Of a stretch of 64,000 nucleotides of DNA, positions 1-15,702 are shown in pieces. The notes beneath the pieces were generated by a model. The model was not told the origin of the DNA. It ran no database searches and saw only the letters and a list, made by a program, of their open reading frames with translations. A program made the translations under genes and the position numbers. Positions within the stretch are counted from its first letter, which is position 1, and every line of letters begins with the position of its first letter. Source of the DNA: Eledone cirrhosa (Eukaryota); the NCBI GenBank assembly GCA_964016885.1, contig OZ024748.1:46066001-46130000 (forward strand). The letters are read 5' to 3'.

Positions 1-255
1 GTGTGTGTGTGTGTGTGTGTGTTTGCCTATCTATCTGTGTGTAATTGACGGCTGAGATAAAGGAGTACCAATATTGAAATAGAGTTTTCATATTCATATT
101 AAGTGAGTGTGTTAAGTTTGAAACAGCAGTTATATTTCCTTCCAATTTCATCTTAAAGTTTTAAAACAAGACAGTAAGTAGGGTGTCGTCTGCTGTCATA
201 ATATGTATGTATGTACGTATGCATATATGTGTGTATGCGTGTTTGTGTGTGTGTA

Positions 256-286
<31 letters not shown>

Positions 287-1003
287 TAGTATGTTTCTCT
301 TTCTCTTAATTTCGAGTACATTTTTGACCGGACACCTTCTTGTTGGCAAGGTTTTACAAGAAAAGAAATTGTCAACCCTTGATTCGCAAGAACGTTTTGC
401 AAATTTTGAAGGCGCCAGCTATCTCAGCCATTTGTAGTCTATGAATTTACGTACGTATGTATGTATGTAAGGATAAGGGTAATGAGCCCTTTTGCACACG
501 TTTAACAATGGGATTTGTACCAAGAATATTTCCAAGGCACAAGTCCATTTGTGGAAGACCTGCAGTCGCCCATGCATACCTGTCTCCCCTCTACATGTTA
601 ACGATGTTGCCCAAGGGGAAAGCAGTTGCCGATACGGCTTTTGAAATTGTTTAATTGCCTCTGTGTGTGTAATTGAACTGCATTAAATTTAATTAAATTA
701 AATTAAATTAAATTAAATTAAATTAAATTAAATCAAATTATATTTGATTATTTACTTTGAGTATCTACTATCGTACTATTATTGAGTTTTCGCGGTTACA
801 AAAATATAAACAAGTCGGGCCATTTAAGAATTTAGTGGGATCACCTCAGAAAATGAACACCAATTTGTTACTGTCCACGGAAACATTTGTAACTATATCT
901 GTAATTTTAACCGTTGGTCAATCAATGATAAACATTGACTGCCAAATAAATTAACTATGGTGATATAAAAGATACAGAAGCGAAAACCAACCATGTATAT
1001 ATA

Positions 1004-1073
<70 letters not shown>

Positions 1074-1653
1074 TATGTACACGTACATACATATATGTAT
1101 ACAGACGTACAGTAGTATGTATATATATAAACATACATGCACACACATATATATATGCACGTATGGATTCACCGAACATTTATTATAATGCTTGGTGTGT
1201 TTGTAAACAAACATCGCGTATTAAACCGTAGTGTCCAGCAACCATCGTTGCTCGTTTGTTCAACACTGACAAAGGAACGCTGTACTAGTTCCAAGCTTAT
1301 TAGCTATCGTCAGCAACGTATACCTTCCTGCCAGATTGTTGAACGTATATACTTACCTTATGCATATTAACGGCTGAGTAGCCCAATTTGCATATAGAGT
1401 GGGTTAATCGGCCGGGTGCACCGAAAATGATAAACGGAAAAAATGAAACGAAATTTCATTTCCCACTCTTACTACGGCTGTTACTTAAATATAAGTATGT
1501 ACACGTACATACATATATGTATACAGACGTAATCGTTCCCCTTATTTACGTGTCCCAACGACTTTCTTTAGCCGTTGCTCGCACCAACCGGAAGTATATG
1601 GTCTTTAAAGCGATGAAATACCAATGAAGATCACTGATGAAGGTCTAAATGTA

Positions 1654-1700
<47 letters not shown>

Positions 1701-1713
1701 TTATTAATATCAT

Positions 1714-1785
<72 letters not shown>

Positions 1786-2072
1786 AAAAGTTAAACAGAA
1801 ATAACAACACAATCGATAGAGTATATGGAAGGGATATATTAGGTTAACGCTTGATATAGCAGGAAGAGGGTCTTAATGTTTCGGACGCTAGTCCTTCATC
1901 AGAAGAAAGAATGAGAAATAAGAGAGATTAAGGGGACGGGCCGGATGGAATTGGAAAAAATGTCTTTAGATAAAAATAATAGGTCCATTTATGTTGACAT
2001 ATATATATGTATATATATATATATAGAAATATTAAAAGAATGAAATTAAACAAAAAACGGTTAATTCATAGT

Positions 2073-2221
2073 AAAACTCATTATTTTACGATCGTTTCTG
2101 GGGGGTAATTCCCCGTATGTCCATTCTATTATTTACGTATGTAAAATATATTACAAAATATCATAGTAAGAAAATATACATACGTCTTCACTACCCGCCG
2201 TCTTCAGAAATAATGAGTTTT
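2073..2221 (-). ncRNA. Hammerhead with a stem/loop II of about 100 nt, family C
   Basis: 14-bp stem I aaaactcattattt/aaataatgagtttt, CTGAAGA, GAA-ACGATCGT-A. Relatives at 8850-8996(+, with its inverted twin) and decayed 13345-13480(-). Confidence 0.75.
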
Positions 2222-3642
2222 GTTTATTGAAGAATACAAAAAAACATACATATGAATAAATCTACCATTGACTGGTAGATTTGTGTGTGGGTGTGTCCCC
2301 CCGCAAGGACAGGCCTGGGGTTAAAGAAAACAACCATTAAACCGCAGATGATTTCTATCAACTGACATAGATTTATAGAAGTAGGTATTTATATATATGA
2401 ACCATAACAGAACGCCGGTTTGAAATCTCGAAATTTTGATATGTTAAGACGTCGAAATTTTGGATGAATTTTTATCTTTTAGCAAGACAAAACATGTTTT
2501 ACATAGCTAGATATTGTGTACAATCTTTAAATAAACCCCCAACATGCTGAAATGCTCAGCCTGTTATTACTTAATTGAGTAACGTTTGTATGGCAGTGTA
2601 ATATGAGCTATGGTGTTAACAGGTAATAAACGTTATCATACAATAAATCTTTTAAACTAACGATGCGTATCTTTTCTTCTGCGTTGTAAGTGAAATACAC
2701 CATTAATTTGTTCTTTAATGTCCATTTTTGTATTTTCTTCTTTTTTAAACATTCTAGAAAAGAACACGACATGTCAGAACTGATATGGCACACCAGAAGC
2801 CATTAGTATCACACTGTTACAACAGACTAAATATACATGCATACATATATACATACATATATGCATACATATATATACACGCGCGCGCACGCGCGCACAC
2901 ACACACACACACACACAAATATTTATATATATATAACAAATTATAAAATAAGAAGATGTATTAGACACAGATATATACCTATTTTTTCTTCAAAGTCCCG
3001 ACTGTATAGTTTAGCTGGTCAGTTTGTAACAGTTGCACATTATAGATGTGCAATGTTGTTGTGAGGTACACCAGCTTTTCAAGGAACTCCTCAGGGAAAG
3101 AACACTTTCCACACACGCTAATTTAATTATTTCGATTAATGAGTCTCTCGTAATCATAGAGCAAAATTGGTTACGGTCGAAACCACACACACTCACATGC
3201 TTGTGAAAATATATATACATACGTATGTATATATGTATACGCATGTATGTGTGTGTCTCTCATTGTATATATATATATATATATATATAAGATCAAAAGA
3301 TGGTTAAAAGAGTTCCATGTATTTTATTAAGCGCATTTCAAAAACAAATATCATCATGCAATAACATTTGCGTTTTCGTATATATGTTGATTTAAAACTG
3401 CACTATTCACAAGTGTGTTTTAACCTCCATATCATGTCTCCCTATTTTATCTGACCAAAAGGCAAATGTTATTGCATGATGATATTTGTTTTTGAAATGC
3501 GCATAATAAAATACATGGAACTCGTTTAACCATCTTTTGATATTATATATTATTTATACTCCTGTCCTAGAAACTGTAGAGTGGTACTTATCGGATATCT
3601 GCATTGCTTTATTGTACTACAATAAAACAACTCACCTCCTAC

Positions 3643-3751
<109 letters not shown>

Positions 3752-3841
3752 GTGGAACACTGGAAGGTAATATCCGTAGTGATAGAGAACTAAGTCCATG
3801 GGACGAGTTAGGTAGAAGTTGTTACACAACAGTTAGTTCAC

Positions 3842-3888
3842 CATACCGGGAATAATTGTTTCACCTTGCGGATCCTCAGCTCGGAATG
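3842..3888 (-). ncRNA. Minimal hammerhead, family U
   Basis: ccgag-CTGAGGA-t-cc(gcaa)gg-t-GAA-ACAATTAT-T-cccgg; single mismatches in stems I and III. Confidence 0.6.
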
Positions 3889-4149
3889 AACATGGTCATA
3901 CGGAACAGGAAGGACAAAGGTACGAACGCGCACATGCAGAAACCCGGTCACTTCACGCAGGCAATACTAGACTGCGTGCGAGAGGTGTAAGGGAGATAAC
4001 TGCGAAAGTCGGAAAGGTTTTTAGGTTGAAAATAAAATTACAAAGAATCAGTCCGGAGCCTTGTAGTTATGCAATAGGTGTTTGGCGACGTGTGGACAAC
4101 GTGTGAAAAATTCATTTCTCGTTTTTAGGCAATCACTATTGCGTAATCT

Positions 4150-4208
<59 letters not shown>

Positions 4209-5156
4209 ATAATAATAAATTTGAAGACTAAAATCCAAAGAGGGCTCGATAAGGATAAATATATATCAAATATATAAGAACCGTAGAGCAAATATTTATT
4301 AAAATAACAGATTAAAGTTTAAGTAAAGACTCGCTGCTTTCACTCTTAACGGGATCTTCTGAAACTAACAAAGTCAATCTGGTTCGTGGAAACGTTCCCT
4401 GTCAAAGAACGAAAAAAAACGAATATAATACGTCATTAATACGAGCGGTGAAAAATAATTACACGCAAAGACATGTAGGTATGTGTGTGCGCTTGTTATA
4501 TACGTATTTATTTATTTATATACGTTTATTTAATTATTTATTTATTTGTATACACGCACACACACACATATTTGTATGTGCGTGGATTTGTATACCTATG
4601 GCAAGTGTTTTCACTTATGCTTGTGTATGTACGTATTTGCATGCGTGTATGTATTTATTTAATTTCTATTACCTCTGTATTGTATTATATTTACTTTAAT
4701 CTTAACTCTGAAGCGGAGATTCATTCGGTTTCCTAGTTAGAATTTTAGTCTACGACTTCAGCTATACCATTTACGTGGTTTTGTCTTTGCGTGCAATTGT
4801 TCTCCACGCTCCACATATGATGTTTTATCTTCGTTTTTTCCGTTCATTGCCAGAGAAGGTCTCTATGAACCACCTAAGAGAACATTAGTCTACTACCTCT
4901 TTTATACCATAAACGTGGTTTTGTCTTCGCATGGTTCTGTCACTGCTCCTATTAATGACGTATTATATTCGTTTTTTCCCGTTCTTTGCCAGGGAACGTT
5001 TCCACGAACCAAAGTGTCGTCTCACTGTCTTCCTCCGGTTGCAACGTTTTTTGAAATATCCACTTCTGCGTTTACAGATTGAATTTGTTAGTTTCAGAAG
5101 ATCCCGTTAAGGGTGAAAACGGCGATTCTTTGCTTAAACTTTAATCTATTATTTTA

Positions 5157-5187
<31 letters not shown>

Positions 5188-5377
5188 ACGAAGGAAATGT
5201 GGTAAGGAACCAGGTGGACCATAACGCACCAAAGTACTCAATACTTGAGGTAGTAGAGTGGGTAATAGGAACCAGTAGGACCCCGACAGCTGAGCTCAAT
5301 CCGTTTCGACGGCTAATTCTGAGTCCAGAATTAGCCGTCGAAACGGCTTGAGCTCAGCTGTCGGGGTCCTACTGGTT

Positions 5378-5460
<83 letters not shown>

Positions 5461-5680
5461 TTCTGTTCTCATTCAAACACAAGAGCAAGAATGAAGGATT
5501 CATTCTACTGACATGGCTAGAAAATTGAGGCTTGTTAGCATAATTGCGAACGAATCGAATGTTATAATTAATATTCAAAAAACTCAGATTACACTTTTTG
5601 TATTCAACCATGTAGAGCGAAAATTACCATTTTTACATATACCGTAGAGCAAATATTTATTAATAAACTTTAATCTGTTA

Positions 5681-5736
<56 letters not shown>

Positions 5737-5779
5737 TATATACATATTTGAAAAAAATAGAGGTGTGACACAAGTTGTG

Positions 5780-6130
5780 ATATATTATAAAAAGGAAAAG
5801 AAAATGCTGACAAATTTTTCCCAGTGGAAAATAGTTTAATTAGGAATAAGTATAAATTAGTAATAAGTATTAGTTAGTATTCAGTTTTAGTTTTTAAGTT
5901 TTTACCTGTTGCGATTTCTAATGCTTTCAAAAATAAATTTGAGATAGAGTGCACGTGATTTTTGCTCTAATCTGATCAGTATTGGAAATTCTTCCTGTTT
6001 TATGTGAAAAAAGTGGATTTGGAGCTATTAAGATTTGGTTGGTTGTTGAATGTCACGTGAATAAGCACTATAAATTTCGTGCCAATTCGTGTTGCAAAAA
6101 TTCTTGTACCCAAAATAACTTTGATTGGTC
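5780..6130. repeat. Dispersed unclassified repeat (copies at 38200-38470 and, inverted with a small hairpin, 27075-27285)
   Basis: Shared gaaaatgctgacaaa...gagatagagtgctcgtgatttttgc. Confidence 0.7.
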
Positions 6131-6198
6131 GGTAGAATTTCATTTCTCACTCTTAGTACGGCTGTTACTTAAATATGAGTATATATTTATTATACATA

Positions 6199-6368
<170 letters not shown>

Positions 6369-6394
6369 ATATGTATATGTAGGAGCAAGTATGA

Positions 6395-6488
6395 CCCCGG
6401 CGGCAGAGCTCAAGCCGTTTCGACAGCCAATTCTGGACTAAATAATAATTTTTAGCCTGGTAAATAAATAGCCGAACTTCTCAGGGGT
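6395..6488 (-). ncRNA. Decayed full-length hammerhead, family E
   Basis: accc-CTGAGAA...stem II...GAA-ACGGC(ttgagctct)GCCGC-C-ggggt. The other family E copies preserve GCCGTC (GUC site) but lack the CUGA half. Confidence 0.6.
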
Positions 6489-7036
6489 AATTCTATATAT
6501 GGGAAGATAGTAATTGTCCAAAGGATTGGTCAAAAGTTTGTTGTAAAGACAGATGATTCTATCATGGCATTTAGTGGGAGGTAGGGGTAGCTGAACTTGC
6601 CGGTAGAACAAAGGGGGAGTGGGGGAAACCCAGTCAAGGATAGTGTATAGAAGGTCAAGATAGTGTATAGAATGTCAAAAAATGTACTGGAGAAGGTGGG
6701 GTTGAAAGAACAGGTAACTCGAAAGGGAGTAAACAAAAAAGCCAATATAAAAATGAGAACATAAATCTATAAAAAACAATTTCTGGTTACTACTCCCCTT
6801 CCACAATCACCAAATCTCTCATTTGTATTGCTAAGCTCTAGAAAAGTTTAATAGGTGGAGAAAAATACTAAATACGAGATTGTAGTGAAATAATTTTATA
6901 AAGCCATCTTTACAGGGGGTCTAACACCACTGCTATAATTAGTAGTAATCAGCCAATGCTATCTTACAATGACAGGTTAATATGTTGAGGACAACTGTCA
7001 GTTGAAAATTGCAAACTTGATTCTCACCACATATTA

Positions 7037-7075
7037 TGAACCTGAAGATTGCGAAAGCATGAAAGTACTTGTTCA
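7037..7075 (+). ncRNA. Minimal hammerhead, family D
   Basis: tgaac-CTGAAGA-t-tgc(gaaa)gca-t-GAA-AGTACT-T-gttca. Decayed copy at 26163-26201. Confidence 0.85.
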
Positions 7076-7239
7076 ATTAACGCTTAACAATTAATATTCT
7101 ATCATACTATTTCATTCTAATACGATTATAAATTTTAAAGGATTGTAAATAAAACGAGTAAATGAGACAAAGTTGGAATTCCTCGTATTAATATAATTTT
7201 CTATACACAATCATACACACCCGTGTATATTTATCTATC

Positions 7240-7302
7240 TATATATATATGTATATATATATGAATATATATATGTATATATATATGTATATATATATGA
7301 AA

Positions 7303-7335
<33 letters not shown>

Positions 7336-7595
7336 AATATATATATATGTATATATATATGAATATATATATATGTATATATATATGTATATATATATGT
7401 ATATATATATATATGTGTATATATATATGAATATATATATGTATATATATATGTATATATATATATGTATATATATATATGTATATATATATGTATATAT
7501 ATATATGTATATATAGATGTATATATATATATGTATATATATATCTATATATATGTATATATATATATGTATATATATATGTATGTATATAAATC

Positions 7596-7626
<31 letters not shown>

Positions 7627-7713
7627 GTATATATATATGTATATATATATATATACATATATGTATATATATATGTATATATATATGTATATATATATAT
7701 GTATATATATATG

Positions 7714-7760
<47 letters not shown>

Positions 7761-7838
7761 ATAAATATATATATGTATATACATATATGTATATATATAT
7801 GTATATATATATGTATATATATATATATATATGTATAA

Positions 7839-7874
<36 letters not shown>

Positions 7875-8055
7875 GTATATATATGTATAAATATATATGT
7901 ATATATATATATGTATAAATATATATGTATATATATATATATGTATAAATATATATGTATATATATCTATATGTATGAATATATATGTATAAATATACAT
8001 GTATAAATATATATGTATATATATATATGTATATATATATGTATATATATATATG

Positions 8056-8087
<32 letters not shown>

Positions 8088-8233
8088 ATATATATGTATA
8101 TATGTATATATATATATGTATATATATATATGTATATAATATATATGTATGTAAATAATATATTGGTCTATATGTATATATATATATATGTATATATATA
8201 TGTATATATATATATGTATATATGTATATAATA

Positions 8234-8280
<47 letters not shown>

Positions 8281-8340
8281 ATATATATATATATGTATAT
8301 ATATGTATATATATATATGTATATATATATATGTATATTA
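7240..8340. repeat. Compound (TA)n/(TATATG)n microsatellite of about 1.1 kb
   Basis: Direct inspection; similar blocks at 9190-10460, 13550-14075, 61990-62750 and 63665-64000. Confidence 0.95.
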
Positions 8341-8556
8341 GAAAGTGAGGTTTTTTTACAAAATGAAAAATAACCGAGGTGTCCTACACGAGTGAAAGTA
8401 TAAAGAAAAAAAGATGAAATCTAAAATGCAACTGGAGTTTTATTTCTTTTAAATATATATATATATATTTAAAAGAAATAAGACTCCAGTTGCATTTTAG
8501 ATTTCATCTTTTTTTCTATATATGATATATATATATATATATATGTATATATATGC

Positions 8557-8589
<33 letters not shown>

Positions 8590-8649
8590 TGTATATATAT
8601 GTATATATATGTATATATATATATGTAAATATATATATGTATATATATA

Positions 8650-9053
8650 TAAAATATTAAACAAATAATGAATAAACAATTCCTTATATTAAACAAAAAA
8701 AGTTCATTATTTAACGATCGTTTCTAGGATATATATGTGTTAGAGTTGGCATGCATATTCAACAGATCTATGTACAAAATTATACAAAATTATACAAACT
8801 ATCAAGATTAAATATACATACCAACACATATATACGCCGTCTTCAGAAATAATTTCTGAAGACGGCGTATATATGTGTTGGTATGTATATTTAATCTTGA
8901 TAGTTTGTATAATTTTGTATAATTTTGTACATAGATCTGTTGAATATGCATGCCAACTCTAACACATATATATCCTAGAAACGATCGTTAAATAATGAAC
9001 TTTTTTTGTTTAATATAAGGAATTGTTTATTCATTATTTGTTTAATATTTTAT
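8650..9053. repeat. Near-perfect fold-back with arms of about 200 bp (family C)
   Basis: The arms read as exact reverse complements around an apex at about 8851. Confidence 0.9.
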
Positions 9054-9184
9054 CTTGACTCTGTATACCGTTTATCTTTCACCGAAAGTGATTTTTCATT
9101 ACATTTCTTCTTTCCATGATATCCGGAATACATTCAGTTCTTCATACGGATTGGACACTACCGTAAACTCTTGGTAGATTTATC

Positions 9185-9233
<49 letters not shown>

Positions 9234-9490
9234 GTATATATATGTATATATATATATGTATATATATATATGTATATATATATGTATATATATATATGTG
9301 TATATAATATATATGTATATATGTATATATATATGTATATATATATATGTATATAATATATATGTATATATGTATATATATATATGTATAGAATATATAT
9401 GTATATATGTATATATATGTATATGTATATATATATGTATATATATATATATGTATATATGTATATAATATATATGTATATATGTATATA

Positions 9491-9555
<65 letters not shown>

Positions 9556-9584
9556 GCATATATATATATTTATAAATATATATG

Positions 9585-9633
<49 letters not shown>

Positions 9634-9982
9634 ATATATATATGTATATATATATATGTGTATATAATATATATGTATATATGTATATATATATATGTAT
9701 ATATATATGTATATAATATATATGTATATATATATAAGTATATAATATATATGTTTATATGTATATATATATATATGTATATATATATTTATATACGTGG
9801 AACTGTTTTAACCATCTTTTGATCTTATATATTATGTATACTCCAGTCCTACAAGCTGTAGAGTGCTTCTCATCCGATATCTGCATTGCGTTATTGTACT
9901 ACAATAAAACTCACCTCCTACATATATGTATATCTATATATATATGTATATATATTTATATATATATGTATATATATATATA

Positions 9983-10023
<41 letters not shown>

Positions 10024-10328
10024 GTATATATATATACGTATATATATGCATATAATATATATATGTATATATGTATAATATATATATATGTATATATATA
10101 TATATATGTATATATATATGTATATATATATATGTATATAATATATATGTATGTACGTATATATATATATATGTGTACATATATATATGTATATATATCT
10201 ATATCTATATATATATATGTATATATATAAATATATACGTATATATAAATATATACATATATATATATGTATATATCTATAAGGGTGAAAGCAGCGATTC
10301 TTTGCTTAAACTTTAATCTGTTATTTTA

Positions 10329-10465
<137 letters not shown>

Positions 10466-10574
10466 GTAATAATCATAAATTTGAAGACTAAAATCCAAAT
10501 CGGGCTCGATAGGATAAATATATATCAGATATATAAGAACTGTAGAGCAAATATTTATTAAAACAACAGATTAA

Positions 10575-10625
10575 AGTTTAAGCAAAGAATCGCTGCTTTC
10601 ACCCTTAACGGGATCTTCTGAAACT
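10575..10625 (-). ncRNA. Variant-core hammerhead (CAGAAGA), family A
   Basis: agttt-CAGAAGA-t-ccc(gttaa)ggg-t-GAA-AGCA(9 nt)TGCT-T-aaact. Copies at 4315-4365(-), 5090-5140(+), 35514-35564(-), 37018-37063(+), with partial ones at about 30.0 and 59.5 kb. Confidence 0.65.
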
Positions 10626-11175
10626 AAAAAAGTCTATCTGTGAACGCAGAAGTGGATATTTCATAAAACGTTGCGACCGAAGAAAGACAGGAACACGATA
10701 CTTTGGTTCGTGGAAACGTTCCCTGGCAAAGAACGGTAAAAAAAACAATATAATACGTCATTATTTGGTGCGATGAAAACAATTACACGCAAAGACAAAA
10801 CCACGTTTATGGTATAAATGAAATCGTAGACTATTATTCTATTAGGTGGTTCATGGAAACGTTCTCTGGCAATGAACGGAAAAAGCGAAGATAATGCTAT
10901 AACTGAAGTCGTAGACTAAAATTCTATCTAGGAAACCGAATGATTCTCGGCTTCAGAGTTAAGAATAAAGTAAATTAAATACAGAGGTAATTCAAAATAA
11001 ATATATACATACACACATCCAAATATGCACAAGTATACGCGAAAACACTCGCCATGGGTATGCAAATACAAGCACGTACACAAAAAAATACGCACGCACA
11101 TACAGTACCCACGCAACGCCAGTACCCGCACACATACGAACGTATACACCAAAAACACATAGAAGTATATATAAA

Positions 11176-11213
<38 letters not shown>

Positions 11214-11359
11214 ATATATATATATATGTATATATATATGTATATATATATGTATATATATGTATATCTATATATGTATATATATGTATATATATATGTA
11301 TATATATGTACATATATGTATATAAATATGTATATATATATGTATATATATATATATGT

Positions 11360-12170
11360 ATTGTTATACTTTGGGAGGGTCATGTTGCCAATGAGAAACA
11401 CACGCACCAGTTGCTTTCACTTCAATTCATTATAATACATTTATAAATTTAGGAATTTATAAATTTCCGGTGGGTTGGTTGGTTCCACAACCAGATGGTT
11501 GTTTATATATTGTCAAAGTTCTTTCGTCACACATTCTGTGACCTCTTCAGTGACTGGGGATTCTTTTCTTTGTTTTTGTGCCTCTCCTTTGTTCTGTCCT
11601 ACGCCATCTTGTTTTTGTGTGTGTGTTGTGTGCTTATTTTGCGCATGTGTTACATCCGGGTGTCTGTGTGTGTTTATATTCGTTTATTTATTTGCTTATT
11701 TACATGTTACTGGTTGGTTGCTTGTTCTATGCGTGTGTGTGTTTTCATTTTGTCCTTAATTGTAAGTTGTGATGTTGCTGTTCCAGTCATGTTTTCTATT
11801 TAATTTTGGTCGGAGTTCGTTTATGTTTATTGCCTCTGAGATTTGTCTAAATATTGCGTCTTTTCTGTGTGTAGATTCTATTTTTATGTCTATGTTCTCT
11901 ATTTTAGCATGTTGGTAGAGTACAGATGATTCTTTACTATCTTGAAGGTCTCGCCAGTGTTCATTTATCCGTTCCCCTCTACTACGAGCTGTCTCACCTA
12001 TGTACACTATATTTTTATCTCTACATTGTCCTTCAGTACATCTTATGCTATATACTACATTTCTAGTTTTACAGTTAATATGGGGGCTTGATTTACAGAT
12101 TAAACATTTCTTATCTCTACAGGGGGGGGGGGGTCTTTGAAAAGGGAATGTATTGCTAATAAGTGTTTTT
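11360..12170 (-). mobile_element. PLE 3' fragment: Cys-knuckle + GIY-YIG ORF end followed by an HHR-containing pseudo-LTR (family Q)
   Basis: ORF 11756-12214: C..CLIC...NCKTRNVVYSIRC...YIGETAR...RINEH...RQISEAINI...PKLN; HHR at 11512-11554 downstream on the same strand. Confidence 0.85.
11512..11554 (-). ncRNA. Minimal hammerhead, family Q (PLE pseudo-LTR)
   Basis: gtca-CTGAAGA-g-gtcaca(gaatg)tgtgac-GAA-AGAACT-T-tgac. Confidence 0.8.
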
Positions 12171-13143
12171 AAGACGCACATTCTCAAATCAGATATTTCC
12201 AATGCCATAACCATGCCATCTATCCACCTCCTTAGACCTCGGCAGTATTTGAATGCAGAATGAAGATAAAAAAATATACAGCGAGGTAACTTTCCGATGT
12301 TTTAACGAATAGACAAATTCACATTCTTAAGTATTTTTCTCTACACCAGAGGTTCTCAAACTATTTAGTCCACTCCCTCCCTCATCTGACTTCTGTTATG
12401 GTAATAATGTGTGTGTGAGGGGAGGGGTGTCTGTGTGTGTGAGTGATTCCTACAACACATACCAGTACAGGTTGGTCCTAGTTTAAAGGTTGTGACCAGT
12501 AAAAAATGAGAGAATAGAAGAATTCAAGAATCAGTTTTAACAATGAATTTTTTTAGAAAACGCTGATTCATTTTTGTCGATCTCCTATAAAATATTTACT
12601 CAAAACACACCGGTAAAATCAACAAGTTCCCAATAAGTTCCTACCTAGATTAATTAACGAACTAATAATACTTGTGGTAAAAGACGCTTAATAGAGATTG
12701 TTTTTCATTATGTGCACCATGTGAAAAAAATATTTCAGATACGTTTGACAGTGACATTGAAGGAAACGTAGGTGGTATGGAATTTATGACTTTCCTGGGA
12801 ATTAACTTACCTTTATTTAGTCACTTGTTTTGTTCATTAGAAAGCGGTCATGCTGAGGCAAAAGGATTAGTCGATTATATCAATTTCAGTATTTGTTTTG
12901 ATTTTTATTAGTTGTTGCTTATCAAATCTGGCACATACTTTATAGAAACAAGGCTAGGTTAGGGGACGTAAGGAAACAGAAAACACACACACACACAAAT
13001 ATACACATACACTCCCACCCCATATATACGGTATATATATATATATATATATTATACAGTGTATATATATATTATACAGTATATATATATATACAATGAA
13101 CTTATAACATGAAGTTCACATGAAGATATGTCACCAATTATTA

Positions 13144-13204
13144 TATTTTATCTGACGAAAGCGTACTAAAATATTAGTACCTTTGAAATACGTATAATAA
13201 AATA
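13144..13204 (+). ncRNA. Hammerhead, family G (intact core)
   Basis: tattttat-CTGACGA-aagc-gtactaa(aata)ttagtac-cttt-GAA-ATACGTAT-A-ataaaata. Relatives at 43671-43733(-), 43838-43900(+) and 51124-51185(+). Confidence 0.85.
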
Positions 13205-13247
13205 AATATGGTTTTATAAAGATATTTTCCATTTATTAATATTATTG

Positions 13248-13290
<43 letters not shown>

Positions 13291-13548
13291 TATTAGTTTA
13301 ACAATGATAACAATAACGAAGGCAAGTTATTTTACATATTCATTTCATTGTTTTACGATCGTTGCGGAGGGCTGATCATATTGATATATTGACTGATCTA
13401 TAATCTATAGCAGTTAGAGAACTGTATTCTATCAGACACAAGCTATAGGTTCGATCATACTGTCTTCTTCGGAAACAAGGAAACAATGACTGATTACATT
13501 AAGTTCTAACTACGATATAGCCTCTACCACGAAAAGTGGACCACATAG

Positions 13549-13628
<80 letters not shown>

Positions 13629-13714
13629 TTATATATATATATATATATATAAATATGTATATATATATATAAATATGTATATATATATATATATAAATAT
13701 GTATATATATATAA

Positions 13715-13858
<144 letters not shown>

Positions 13859-13956
13859 TTATATATATATATAAATATGTATATATATATATATGTATAT
13901 AAATATGTATATATATATAAATATGTATATATATATATATATATATATAAATATAA

Positions 13957-13989
<33 letters not shown>

Positions 13990-14023
13990 AATATGTAGAT
14001 AGATATATATAAATATGTATATA

Positions 14024-14080
<57 letters not shown>

Positions 14081-14278
14081 GGAATAGAATGAAAAGAAAT
14101 TTCATTTCTCACTCATAGTACGGCACTTACTTAAATGTAAGTATGTATGTATACGTACATACATATATGTATACTGAACACTGTACGGCGTAAATCTGGC
14201 TGTCCGTTTGTTTACAAACGAACAAAGCGAACATTACAATAAATGTTCGGTAAACTGATACGTGCATATGTGTGCCTG

Positions 14279-14318
<40 letters not shown>

Positions 14319-14959
14319 AACACCCCACTCTCAAGAGCGTGAAATTAATAAACATTTGTTGTACTGCCTCTCTGTTTTGTCCTTGTTCAAATTTTTCCAT
14401 TATATATATATATATATATATACATGCTACTGTACGTCTGTATACATATATGTAAGTACGTATACATACATACTTACATTTAAGTAAGTGCCGTACTAAG
14501 AGTGAGAAATGAAATTTCGTTTCATTCTATTCCATTTATCGTTTTCGGTGCGCCTGGCCGACTGAACTCACTCGACATGCAAATTAGGCTGCTCAGCTGT
14601 TAATTTTCATAAGGAAAGTATATACTTTCGAACGTTCAACCATCTGGCAGAAAGGTATACGGTGCTGACGATAGCTAACAAGCTTGAAACTAGCACATCG
14701 TTCCTGTGTCAGTGTTGAACAAAAAGGTGACGTGGTTGCCTGAACACTGTACGGCGTAATTCAGGCTGTTCGTTTGTTTATAAACGAACAAAGCGAACAT
14801 TATAATAAATGTTCGGTAAACTGATACGTGCATATATATATGTGTGCATGTATGTATATATATACACATACTACTGTACGTCTGTATACATATATGTATG
14901 TACGTATACATACATGCATACTTACATTTAAGTAACTGCCGTACTGAGAGTGAGAAATG

Positions 14960-15320
<361 letters not shown>

Positions 15321-15642
15321 TACGCTGTTCTGTCATATATAAAACAACGTGGAATGATACATCTTACTCAATACGAAACTTCCAAGCCAGGAATCGAACT
15401 CCGGACCGCACGAATGAATGAAATACTGTCTGACAATTAAGGCACACCTTAAATCAAATGAATAAATAAATGACTTTCTAAAGAAGACTACACCTGTATA
15501 AATTAGAGGGTGACGATCTTGAATTAAAATTTCTTTATTGTTGAAACTGAAAAAGCCATGTGAAGTTCATCAGCGTTTTTCCCTTGACTATAGAGGTTAT
15601 ATATTTATTTACCTAGACGTCGAAATAGGCACATTATATTTC

Positions 15643-15701
<59 letters not shown>

Positions 15702-15702
<1 letters not shown>

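Noticed and set aside
1630-1650. CTGATGA motif (homologous copy at about 30473 on the minus strand)
   Set aside because: No downstream GAAA/stem III in either copy; at most a truncated ribozyme.
2608-3120. Possible minus-strand exons of a second gene (AG at about 2754; segment 2979-3117)
   Set aside because: No frame-compatible chain and no recognisable protein; stops occur in the candidate frames.
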